The notes under the pieces: model-generated
What the model was told of the DNA's origin: nothing
Database searches by the model: none
What the model saw: only the letters and a program-made list of their open reading frames with translations
Part shown: positions 56,054 to 64,000 of the stretch, one piece after another
Layout: each line of letters starts with the position of its first letter
Numbering within the stretch: position 1 is the first letter of the stretch
Origin: a virus
DNA length: 64,000 bases
Virus record (IMG/VR): IMGVR_UViG_3300049460_000371
Coordinates: 1 to 64,000 of that record
Strand: one strand, 5' to 3'
Made by a program: the position numbers and the translations under genes

Positions 56054-56521
56054 ATGACTGCACTGGTTGAACAACTGAATAACCATCACACCACCCAACA
56101 GTTTCTCAACGACATGACAGCGAAGCTGTATCATGCCAAGTTGATGGAGATTGTTGCCCACACCAAAGTGGAAAGTATCGGCATCACCCTGGCTACCATT
56201 AACGGCGAACATCGTGTCCTGTACTCGTTGACGCCGCACAAGTTTGCTCCTGGCGAGGCAATGACTGCCGAGAACATGCGTAGCTTCCATCAACGTGAAG
56301 ATGGCACGTTCGATTTGGCAGAGCACGGCAATGAAGGCATGTTGACCTTCCTGGAAAACGAAATCGAATGGGAGCTGTGGAACGATATCATGGCAGATCT
56401 GGGTGGCCAACTGTACTACGTTACCAGCATCTATGAATTCTACCATGATGACCCGAGTAATCATCTCGTGTTCACTCGCGATGCGTTCTGGGTTACCAAC
56501 AACCCAAGCGACTTCACCTAA
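56054..56521 (+). CDS. hypothetical protein
   Basis: ORF followed by terminator. Confidence 0.75.
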   Translation: MTALVEQLNNHHTTQQFLNDMTAKLYHAKLMEIVAHTKVESIGITLATINGEHRVLYSLTPHKFAPGEAMTAENMRSFHQREDGTFDLAEHGNEGMLTFLENEIEWELWNDIMADLGGQLYYVTSIYEFYHDDPSNHLVFTRDAFWVTNNPSDFT

Positions 56522-56636
56522 GCTGACACAAGCTTGATTCAAGCCTGGTATCGCACCAGGCTTTTTCTTTGACTGGTTGTCGCACTGGTGACGATTTCGT
56601 CAATTTGCCATGCTAAAATACAAATAAGGAGATCAC

Positions 56637-57026
56637 ATGAAAGTACGCAAGGAATGGCTCAGTGCCAATTTTGGACTTGATAACCTCCCAGACAGCAGTC
56701 TTTGGTCTTGGGCCCCATTCAAAGGATCGGACGTCGTCGAAATCCCGGATGAGTGGGTAATGCTAATGAACCAGAAGCATCAAATTTCAAATCGCGGTCG
56801 TTATCTGTTCTTAACACGAGTTGGTTGGATAGCCAATCGTGATGAAATCAAGCAACTGTGCGCGAATGGGAAAAGCATTCCATGGGATCAAGTTGAAGCT
56901 CGTGTTGAACAAAGCTTGACCAAGATGGAAAATGGAATTATTGGCGAATTCAAACGAGTCGCTGTTCAGTTCAATGTAATGGAAAAATACTTGGCCGCCA
57001 ACATACCACTCAGGCCAGCACCTTGA
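56637..57026 (+). CDS. hypothetical protein
   Basis: RBS TAAGGAG. Confidence 0.75.
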   Translation: MKVRKEWLSANFGLDNLPDSSLWSWAPFKGSDVVEIPDEWVMLMNQKHQISNRGRYLFLTRVGWIANRDEIKQLCANGKSIPWDQVEARVEQSLTKMENGIIGEFKRVAVQFNVMEKYLAANIPLRPAP

Positions 57027-57051
57027 CAAAATATTCACATGAATGTACCAT
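57023..57051 (+). promoter_or_regulatory. early promoter with TTCACATGAA box
   Basis: TTGACA-17-TACCAT. Confidence 0.7.
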
Positions 57052-57076
57052 TGCTGTCTAAAAGTTACCAAGGACA

Positions 57077-57313
57077 ATGATGAAATTTTCCGCCCTAAAC
57101 CCAGGCGCCAAGTTTGAAATGTGGAGCGGTGACGCTCTCCCGTATGCTGACATCAAGTTGTGTAGCTGCGAAAAGATTGAAAGCCGACTGGCTCGTGAAA
57201 TTCTGAACCCCAGCGAAGCTGTACTGGTCTACGGGGCACCGTTTGTCCTGGATGAAAATGAAGTTGTGGTCGTCGATGCTGGTCCCATCAACATGAATGC
57301 GTTTGTGGGCTAA
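57077..57313 (+). CDS. hypothetical protein
   Basis: RBS AAGGA. Confidence 0.7.
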   Translation: MMKFSALNPGAKFEMWSGDALPYADIKLCSCEKIESRLAREILNPSEAVLVYGAPFVLDENEVVVVDAGPINMNAFVG

Positions 57314-57674
57314 TCCGTACATCCTTGAAAGGATCAGTATGTTGCGTCTTATTGCCGATATGTTCAAACAACGACGGGAACTGATTCCTGTTTGCCCACA
57401 TGAAGCCAAGATGGCTGTATTTTCAAACATGGTTGAACGACATGTTGGAAATCGCAAGTCGATTCCTGACTATATGGCACCAGACCCAACCTATCAAGTA
57501 CCCAAATACGTGGTTCTCATGTGTGAGGATCTCGTCGAATTGATTGATCGCCCCAACGTGAAGTTGATTGATGTATTGCGCATCGAGAAGACCGCAGTCG
57601 GCCACAGCGACTATCTGCACAAGTTGGCATTACGTTGTTACCACTGCACTATCGAAAATGAAACCACTTACTGA
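57297..57674 (+). CDS. hypothetical protein
   Basis: C-terminal AVGHSDY..K.AL.C; start may be 57339. Confidence 0.7.
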   Translation: MRLWANPYILERISMLRLIADMFKQRRELIPVCPHEAKMAVFSNMVERHVGNRKSIPDYMAPDPTYQVPKYVVLMCEDLVELIDRPNVKLIDVLRIEKTAVGHSDYLHKLALRCYHCTIENETTY

Positions 57675-58050
57675 TCAAGAAATCGTCACCGCACTTGAAG
57701 CAGAAATGCGCAATGACCTAGCAGCATACACCACCCCAGGCGAAATAGTTTATTCAGTCACCCAAAAAGAAATTCTGGCCTTTGCTAGAACCCTGGGTGT
57801 ACCCATCCCGGAAGGCGGTCCCGGTAAGCTGGACACCACCCACGACATCCAGATGCGAGAGCTTCGGGCCGAGCTTGTTTGGCTCCAAGCCGACCTCAGC
57901 GAAGTGAATAAGATTCTGGCCGGGAGGACTGAGAAAGATGATCCTATAGGTCATATGCAGTTTAGTCAACGTCGTGCATCGCTCCAACAACAAATTATCG
58001 CCATGAATGCAAAAATTGCTGCATTGGCGCTTGAAGCCATTCAGCAATGA
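57658..58050 (+). CDS. hypothetical coiled-coil protein
   Basis: overlaps upstream stop. Confidence 0.7.
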   Translation: MKPLTDQEIVTALEAEMRNDLAAYTTPGEIVYSVTQKEILAFARTLGVPIPEGGPGKLDTTHDIQMRELRAELVWLQADLSEVNKILAGRTEKDDPIGHMQFSQRRASLQQQIIAMNAKIAALALEAIQQ

Positions 58051-58079
58051 ACCTATAATGGTGCATCAAGGAGGATGAC

Positions 58080-58484
58080 ATGACTATTTTGACCAATGAA
58101 GAACACATGCAAGTAGACCGTCTATACTGGGACGGTCTTGCAATGGCGCAGCTCTATCGTGTAAGTGTTTGCCTTGCTGACAAGATCCGCAGCAATGAAG
58201 CTTGGATCGCACGCACGCAAATCCGCATGACTGGCGCGGTTGCCGACCTGAATGCAACCGATCCAAAAGATGCCCGTAAGTACAAGGACGCCCAGACCGA
58301 AGTCGACAACTGCACAAAGTTGCTGACCCGCCTCACGGCTGAAAACGAAGAGCTGACCCTGAAGAAAACTAGTGCTGATGCTCAGCATGGTGTCATCTAT
58401 GCCCGCGTTTTGGCCTATCCGTTTGGTGGCAAGATCCACCGGGCATGCGAGGCTCGTTATCCACGTACCCGGCCATGCTGCTAA
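58080..58484 (+). CDS. hypothetical coiled-coil protein
   Basis: RBS AAGGAGG. Confidence 0.75.
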   Translation: MTILTNEEHMQVDRLYWDGLAMAQLYRVSVCLADKIRSNEAWIARTQIRMTGAVADLNATDPKDARKYKDAQTEVDNCTKLLTRLTAENEELTLKKTSADAQHGVIYARVLAYPFGGKIHRACEARYPRTRPCC

Positions 58485-58547
58485 GAACATTTGACGCCTG
58501 GTGATCCAGGTGTTAGTGTTTGTTAAACGAACTGAGAGAATAAGAAC

Positions 58548-59849
58548 ATGAAACAGAATATTGTCATTGTGGGTGGCGGTGCTGGTGGCTTGGAACTGGC
58601 TTGCAAACTGGGCCGAAAACTTGGTCCCGATAGCGTCACACTGGTTGATAGCCGGTTGACCCATATCTGGAAGCCATCCTTGCACGAAGTTGCAGCAGGC
58701 ACCCTGGACGTTCATGCCGAAGGGCTATCGTATCAGATGCTCGCGCATGACAATGGTTTCACGTTCGTGTATGGTGCAATGTCGGCTCTGAACAAGGGCA
58801 ACAAAACCATCCAAGTCGACGCAGTGTTGACCGACAAGGAGATCGTGTTGATCCCTGAACGCGTCATCGCATTCTCGGATCTGGTCATTGCTGTCGGCAG
58901 TGTATCCAACTACTTCAATGTTCCAGGTGCGTCGACCAATACTATCGCATTGAATGCTCCGGAAGACGCAGAAGCATTCAGGAACAAGATGATGCGTCAT
59001 CTCCATTACGCAAACGGCCCTATGCGCCGTGATACCGCGGAAGATGCTGGTGTTGATATCGTGATCATTGGCGGCGGCGCTACGGGTGTTGAGCTGGCCG
59101 CTGAGCTGTCCGAAGCTCGCAATGAATTCGCGGCATACGGCGTTCACAACCTGGATGCCAAGAAATCCCTCCGCCTCACCATCCTGGAAGGTTCGCCGCG
59201 TGTGCTGGCTCCTTTGCCTGAACGCGTCAGCGAAGCAGCTGACAAGCTGTTGAAACTTCGCGATGTTACGGTGAAAACTGGCTGTCGTGTGGTTGACATT
59301 ACTTCCACGCTGGTAACTGATTCCACGGGCCAGACGTACAAGGCTGACATCACGGTTTGGGCCGCTGGTATCAAGGCTCCTGACTTCCTGGCTACGTTGG
59401 GCTTGCCTACTGCTCGCAGTGGTGCTCTGATCGTTGACGGCAAGCTGCGCGTTGACGAGGCATATCACATCTATGCTTTGGGTGACTGTGCGTCGTTTAC
59501 TGACAAGGATGGCAAGATGGCCCCGCCGCGTGCGCAAACGGCTCACCAGCAAGCCGACTATCTGTATGATCGTTTCATGGCCTTTGCGAATGGTCGCCCA
59601 GCATCCGTGAAGGATTACCAGTACAAGGACTACGGTTCGTTGGTCTCGATCGGCCATAGCACTTCAGTGGGTAACCTGATGGGATCACTGGCCGGTCGTT
59701 GGTTCATCGAAGGTTGGTTTGCTCGCATCATGTATGTGAGCTTGCACCTGTTGCATCACCGTGCAATCTTGGGCACGATCCGCACTGGCATATTAGCACT
59801 TGCCCGCTTCCTGATCAAACGCACCGCACCTCTTGTGAAATTGCACTAA
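58548..59849 (+). CDS. ndh: type II NADH:quinone oxidoreductase (NDH-2, FAD-dependent)
   Basis: VIVGGGAGGLELA, HIWKPSLHEVAAG, IIGGGATGVELAAEL, VWAAG, ALGDCA, PPRAQ.AHQQA, GSLVS. Confidence 0.93.
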   Translation: MKQNIVIVGGGAGGLELACKLGRKLGPDSVTLVDSRLTHIWKPSLHEVAAGTLDVHAEGLSYQMLAHDNGFTFVYGAMSALNKGNKTIQVDAVLTDKEIVLIPERVIAFSDLVIAVGSVSNYFNVPGASTNTIALNAPEDAEAFRNKMMRHLHYANGPMRRDTAEDAGVDIVIIGGGATGVELAAELSEARNEFAAYGVHNLDAKKSLRLTILEGSPRVLAPLPERVSEAADKLLKLRDVTVKTGCRVVDITSTLVTDSTGQTYKADITVWAAGIKAPDFLATLGLPTARSGALIVDGKLRVDEAYHIYALGDCASFTDKDGKMAPPRAQTAHQQADYLYDRFMAFANGRPASVKDYQYKDYGSLVSIGHSTSVGNLMGSLAGRWFIEGWFARIMYVSLHLLHHRAILGTIRTGILALARFLIKRTAPLVKLH

Positions 59850-60148
59850 TGGTTACGCACACCTATAAGTTTAATCCTCAACCCAAGCAAACGGCGCGGT
59901 CGCGTCGTCGTGGTGGGCCACAGAGTAATTTCATGCCACGGGTAACGCCGTATCATCAATGGGCAAAACGTCCACTTAATGAAATAGTACTGGGTCGCTT
60001 GTTCGGTATGCTTCACAGCAAGTTGGGGCATGGTTTGCCCATTGCGCGCCTTCGTTGGAAGCAAGCTGGTATCCGTATGGATGCACGGTTTCCCACACGG
60101 GCCTCGTGTGAGTATTACAATACCTGGTCAGCAGGGAAGATTTTCTGA
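59849..60148 (+). CDS. basic hypothetical protein
   Basis: TAATG coupling to ndh. Confidence 0.6.
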   Translation: MVTHTYKFNPQPKQTARSRRRGGPQSNFMPRVTPYHQWAKRPLNEIVLGRLFGMLHSKLGHGLPIARLRWKQAGIRMDARFPTRASCEYYNTWSAGKIF

Positions 60149-60369
60149 TGAGTAGTCGTTATCATATCGTTTATCCTTGCGGGGATCGCACGAAACTGTC
60201 AGTGGTCGAGATTGTTGATGCACTCTCGTATGAGCTGTCGGAGTACGCGGTGGCGTCGCGTAATGACTGGGAAACGTACAAAGAAGCAGCCACGTATGCC
60301 AAGCAGTTGGCTAAAGATAATGATCTGACCTTCGTTCCAGATAAAGAAGAACCTGATTACTTGGACTAA
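60148..60369 (+). CDS. hypothetical protein
   Basis: TGATG coupling. Confidence 0.7.
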   Translation: MSSRYHIVYPCGDRTKLSVVEIVDALSYELSEYAVASRNDWETYKEAATYAKQLAKDNDLTFVPDKEEPDYLD

Positions 60370-60384
60370 TCATTCATCCAAACA

Positions 60385-60410
60385 AAAAGGGGAGCAACCG
60401 CTCCCCTTTT
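60385..60410. terminator. bidirectional terminator
   Basis: AAAAGGGGAGC-AACC-GCTCCCCTTTT between convergent genes. Confidence 0.85.
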
Positions 60411-60425
60411 CTATTACCAATTCAA

Positions 60426-62699
60426 TTACTTGGCAATGACAACCCACTTGGTATTCGGCAGGTCCGAATTGATAAGTGGGACACGACGGAATACCGTTTC
60501 TTCTGTGGCTGCACGCAAGATATAACCAGCCGTTGAAGAAGCAACCGCTCCATTGTAGTAGCCCTGGTTATTGTCACCACTCGATGTGATACTTGAAATG
60601 GCCATGGTGCTATATTTGACATCATCACCAACATTTGCCAATTCCCAGTTGATAAAGTCTTGAGTACGATAGACCGTGCCGCCATTAGTTGGGATCAACA
60701 CCCAGCCATTGATGATTGCAACACCTGGACCGGCAACTGGCGATGGCAATGCACTTGCTTGCCATGTAACGCCGTCATACGAATAGTTGACCAAGGTATT
60801 GTTGGCCCAGGTCATTACCACCACATTACCATCACTTGCAACGCTTGATACTGTGGCACTTGTTGGCATGGTCATTTGGCCATTAACCAGAGCAGTAACG
60901 GCACTGCCGGTTGTGGTCATATAACGTGGAACCGCTGCATTGGTGAGCACCAAAAACTTATCCTTGAATGCACCAACCAAGGCACCAGCTGATGTTGCAT
61001 ATGTTGACCATGTTTTGCCGTAGTCAAACGATACTGGACCGGATGCGCCAGCAGTGGTCGCAATGATGACGTTTGGTGATGTCTTGGATGCAACCATAGA
61101 CTGAACCAATGCAGTAGCCGCCAGAGCCACATAGGTGATCGATGGTGCTGCACTATATGTCCAGTTGATACCATCTGGTGAAGTTGCGGTTCTGAATCCA
61201 TTCTGTGTGTTTGCAAGGCCTGTCATAGTCACGTTACCGATATTGCCGTACGCCACATAGTTGCCATCACTTGTGATCAACATACCTTTCCAGCACACCA
61301 GATCAGTGCCCGATGGGATGGAAATGTTTTGCCAAGTTGCACCACTATCAAAACTGATGATACCAGTCCAAGCCGACAACAATGATGTTGATGCACCCAT
61401 AGTTACATTGTCCATCAGAACCACAACACTACCATCGTAATTTACAATAGGATAGCTATATGTGTTGGTGCTGGTCATGTTGGTCAATTCAGTAGATACA
61501 GTCCAAGTCGTACCGCTATCAGTGCTACCGCAAATAAAGGTTGTGCCAACTGGAGCGGTCACCATATGCAGAGTGCCACCTACTGAGAATACATCAGTGA
61601 CCCCACCATATTGTTGATTTGCTGCTGGATTGGTTGCATTACCAAATGGAGCCAAGGCTGATCGAACAACCCAAGTTGTGCCATTTGTTGATGTCATAAC
61701 CGCTGGCGTGCCCGTGCAGTAAATTACCATCGAACCATTTGACGCAATTGCGATTCGACTTGCACTTGCGCTAGTTGGTGTTGCAACCGTGCGTGAAGTC
61801 CAGACTGCACCATCTGGTGATGTGTAAATGTTACCTGCTGTGGTTGGTGCAGCAACGAACAAACTCACGACTGGGTTATAAGCAAGCGTGCCAACACCCA
61901 CAGTACATGCGGTATTGATGGTCCAAGATGTACCAAGATTGGTTGTGCGGATAATATTGTTGGTTGCACCTGAACCATACGACATGAAAGTACCATTCGC
62001 ATAGGTGAATGGATTGGTGTAGTTGAAAGCAGCCGACAATGTTGGGGCATTTGCCCATGAGCCGCCATTGTCACTTGAAAACACAACACCACCGGTGGTT
62101 GCTGGTGTGCCGGTATTAGCCAGAATATTACCACCACCTTCAGTGAAGAAGTATGCGGCGGCCGCTGATGGCATAGTGATTGGAGTCTGGGTAGTCAGAG
62201 TAGGATCGTTCAGGTCAATACGCAGGTGATTACCTGGTGCTGACAAGTAGAGATTCATACCATTTTGAGATACTCGACCGTTGATGTTTTGGACCATTGC
62301 TGTTGGTGCGATGCCATTGAAATCAGCGGCGACGAATGTTTTCACATAGGCGATGCCATCAGACAACGTCAACGAGTTAGACTTCCACAGCGAACCGTTT
62401 TTGAACAACAGATAAACGTTAGAACCGATTGTCCAGTTTGCGATAATCACATTGGTTTGATTCGCAGTAGTCACGATTGCGCTGCGACGGAGAACCGATG
62501 GGAATGGAACCTCATGCACATAGTCGCCCTGGAAGCCGCCAGGAATTTGGTCACCCAGAACAGGGTAGTCAGTTGAGTCAAACTTCGCGCCAGATGCGAT
62601 GTATTTTGGATTCTCGAACGAGTTAATGACTCGAACGATGGAGCCAATTGGTGCCTTATTGTTAAGGACTTCTGAGAATGTAATTGGATCAAATGCCAT
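60426..62699 (-). CDS. putative tail fibre/receptor-binding protein with BNR/Asp-box beta-propeller repeats
   Basis: repeated S.D.G.(T/S)W motifs (SSDNGGSW, SPDGAVW, STDSGTTW, SFDSGATW, SFDYGKTW, SYDGVTW). Confidence 0.8.
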   Translation of the reverse strand: MAFDPITFSEVLNNKAPIGSIVRVINSFENPKYIASGAKFDSTDYPVLGDQIPGGFQGDYVHEVPFPSVLRRSAIVTTANQTNVIIANWTIGSNVYLLFKNGSLWKSNSLTLSDGIAYVKTFVAADFNGIAPTAMVQNINGRVSQNGMNLYLSAPGNHLRIDLNDPTLTTQTPITMPSAAAAYFFTEGGGNILANTGTPATTGGVVFSSDNGGSWANAPTLSAAFNYTNPFTYANGTFMSYGSGATNNIIRTTNLGTSWTINTACTVGVGTLAYNPVVSLFVAAPTTAGNIYTSPDGAVWTSRTVATPTSASASRIAIASNGSMVIYCTGTPAVMTSTNGTTWVVRSALAPFGNATNPAANQQYGGVTDVFSVGGTLHMVTAPVGTTFICGSTDSGTTWTVSTELTNMTSTNTYSYPIVNYDGSVVVLMDNVTMGASTSLLSAWTGIISFDSGATWQNISIPSGTDLVCWKGMLITSDGNYVAYGNIGNVTMTGLANTQNGFRTATSPDGINWTYSAAPSITYVALAATALVQSMVASKTSPNVIIATTAGASGPVSFDYGKTWSTYATSAGALVGAFKDKFLVLTNAAVPRYMTTTGSAVTALVNGQMTMPTSATVSSVASDGNVVVMTWANNTLVNYSYDGVTWQASALPSPVAGPGVAIINGWVLIPTNGGTVYRTQDFINWELANVGDDVKYSTMAISSITSSGDNNQGYYNGAVASSTAGYILRAATEETVFRRVPLINSDLPNTKWVVIAK

Positions 62700-62709
62700 A
62701 ATGGTCTCC

Positions 62710-63333
62710 TTAGATATATGTTGAAGTCATGGTGCTAACTTGCCCATCGACATAGGTGTAGGTTTCAAGACGTGTAACACCCTGATAGGCAATCGAGATG
62801 GTGTGAATGGTGCCATCTGAATTATAATCATAGTTTGTCACTCGTTGATCGGCGCCAATATTTTCAGTCATGATGCTGATCTTATTTTCGTCGTTGTATT
62901 GAAAACTAGTTGAGTCAGGAATGGCATCTGAACTACCGCCACTACTTGGAATTGTTGCCCATTTAACACCAGTTGGTTTGGTGCTATCGGCCATAAGCAC
63001 TTGCCCATTAGTCCCGATATCAAGGTCAACGTTTGATGAACCGTCAGATACCCGAATCGTACCCTTGGCTGTTGGAGTTGAAGGTTCGCCGCTCGCATCA
63101 ACCCATACCATCGATGTGCCATCTTGACCTACTGCCAGAAATTTACCTGGAGTGGCGCCGGTTGATGGGAATGTGAGATTATGGATCGCAAATGCTTGCA
63201 TGGAAAGCTTTAATGGTGATACCTGCCCGAAACCATCTTCAATCGGTTGCAGGGTAGAAATCAAACCACCAGCCTCTACACGTAATAGTCCACCAAATGT
63301 ATCTTGGGGAGTTCGTCCTCTAAGAGTTGACAT
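62710..63333 (-). CDS. putative fibre adaptor/structural protein
   Basis: late promoter 63379-63384 (-); N-terminus related to 47326-47907; IGTNGQVLMADS..TG.KW fibre motif. Confidence 0.7.
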   Translation of the reverse strand: MSTLRGRTPQDTFGGLLRVEAGGLISTLQPIEDGFGQVSPLKLSMQAFAIHNLTFPSTGATPGKFLAVGQDGTSMVWVDASGEPSTPTAKGTIRVSDGSSNVDLDIGTNGQVLMADSTKPTGVKWATIPSSGGSSDAIPDSTSFQYNDENKISIMTENIGADQRVTNYDYNSDGTIHTISIAYQGVTRLETYTYVDGQVSTMTSTYI

Positions 63334-63461
63334 AGTTCTCTTCCATAAAAGGCGGCAACGTCTATGTTGCCGTTCATCTATTTAATCATATTTTCATTTG
63401 GTTATGTCGTGTTATTTTAATCTTTCAACTATTGGTGCCATACTGTCATGAAGGAGAGATT

Positions 63462-63806
63462 ATGGATAATGTATTTGTATTGATCGAATGGAACATTTCG
63501 GATGCTGTTGTGCTTGATGGTGGAACTAGCGAAGAGCAGCACCCTCATGTTCGTGGTATTGCACCAACACTTGATGAGGCAATCAAGTTGGCAGTAGTCC
63601 AAAAACTGATGGTGGATGACTGGAATAGTGATGACTGGCAAATTGAAGAAGTTGCGTTCAATACACCAATTCGCCCAACTCGGGCCGTCGAAACCCATTA
63701 TGCGATCCCAGGAGCGATTGCGATGTATAGCGAGGCGGGTAAATTTATTAGAAGCCCTGAGAAACCTGATGGCCCAACGTTTTTGGTAGACATCAAAAAA
63801 CTATAA
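63462..63806 (+). CDS. hypothetical protein
   Basis: RBS AAGGAG. Confidence 0.7.
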   Translation: MDNVFVLIEWNISDAVVLDGGTSEEQHPHVRGIAPTLDEAIKLAVVQKLMVDDWNSDDWQIEEVAFNTPIRPTRAVETHYAIPGAIAMYSEAGKFIRSPEKPDGPTFLVDIKKL

Positions 63807-63863
63807 GCTTGACTCATTTGGCGTTTCATAATACCATATGGCATTATTCATTCGGAGCATATC

Positions 63864-64000
63864 ATGGAAATCAGTTTGTATCCTTCGTCGCCCTGGGAAA
63901 TCATCAAAAATATCCATGAAGGTGGTCTGCTGAAATGGTACCATCCCAAAGTCTATTACGAGCGTGAGACTATTGTTGCTCGCAAGGATGATTTGCTGGA
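63864..64000 (+). CDS. hypothetical protein, truncated by the window end
   Basis: promoter about 63809, RBS GGAG, open frame to the end. Confidence 0.55.
   Translation, partial: MEISLYPSSPWEIIKNIHEGGLLKWYHPKVYYERETIVARKDDLL

Noticed and set aside
1-64000. Genome-wide UGA=Trp recoding as the explanation for the RF stop
   Set aside because: Many genes end in TGA with ATGA/TGATG overlaps (for example 5778-5781, 16729-16732, 19961-19964), and TyrRS, LigA and Ndh are intact in the standard code.
1-64000. CRISPR array, tRNA or rRNA genes
   Set aside because: No regularly spaced repeat-spacer units and no cloverleaf or T-loop signatures were seen by eye; tRNAscan-SE/ARAGORN would be needed to exclude atypical tRNAs.

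Overview
This 64-kb window looks like part of a large (jumbo) dsDNA tailed phage genome. It is densely packed with short + strand genes driven by sigma70-like early promoters, with late genes (TAAATA, T4-like late promoter) scattered among them, often on the - strand. The host is probably a betaproteobacterium, inferred from the ErpA-, TyrRS- and Ndh-like proteins. Recognisable genes: two divergent A-type Fe-S carriers, a permuted papain-like amidase, a nucleotide-sugar epimerase, an ADP-ribosyltransferase-like protein, TyrRS, a GIY-YIG homing endonuclease, an RF1-like release factor, an HNH-RNA ligase fusion, a SleB-type hydrolase, a SpoT/Mesh1-like HD hydrolase, a histidine phosphatase, a 2H phosphoesterase, an M23 peptidase, NAD-dependent DNA ligase, type II NADH dehydrogenase and fibre/virion cassettes. 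Main observations: (1) the RF1-like gene has an in-frame UGA exactly at a conserved Trp, followed by hairpins, suggesting programmed readthrough; (2) an antisense homing endonuclease has split that gene and supplies a synonymously recoded 5' end with its own promoter and RBS; (3) two inverted ~100-bp non-coding elements 46.5 kb apart each border a mirror-image zone of extreme strand skew, a candidate unidirectional origin-like system; (4) about 20 dispersed paralogs share a F..E.DA.LFKL motif; (5) a late-transcribed structured ncRNA candidate; (6) a TTCAnnTGAA palindrome at a fixed position in many early promoters. No tRNA, rRNA or CRISPR array was seen. All family assignments come from motif recognition by eye, with no database search.
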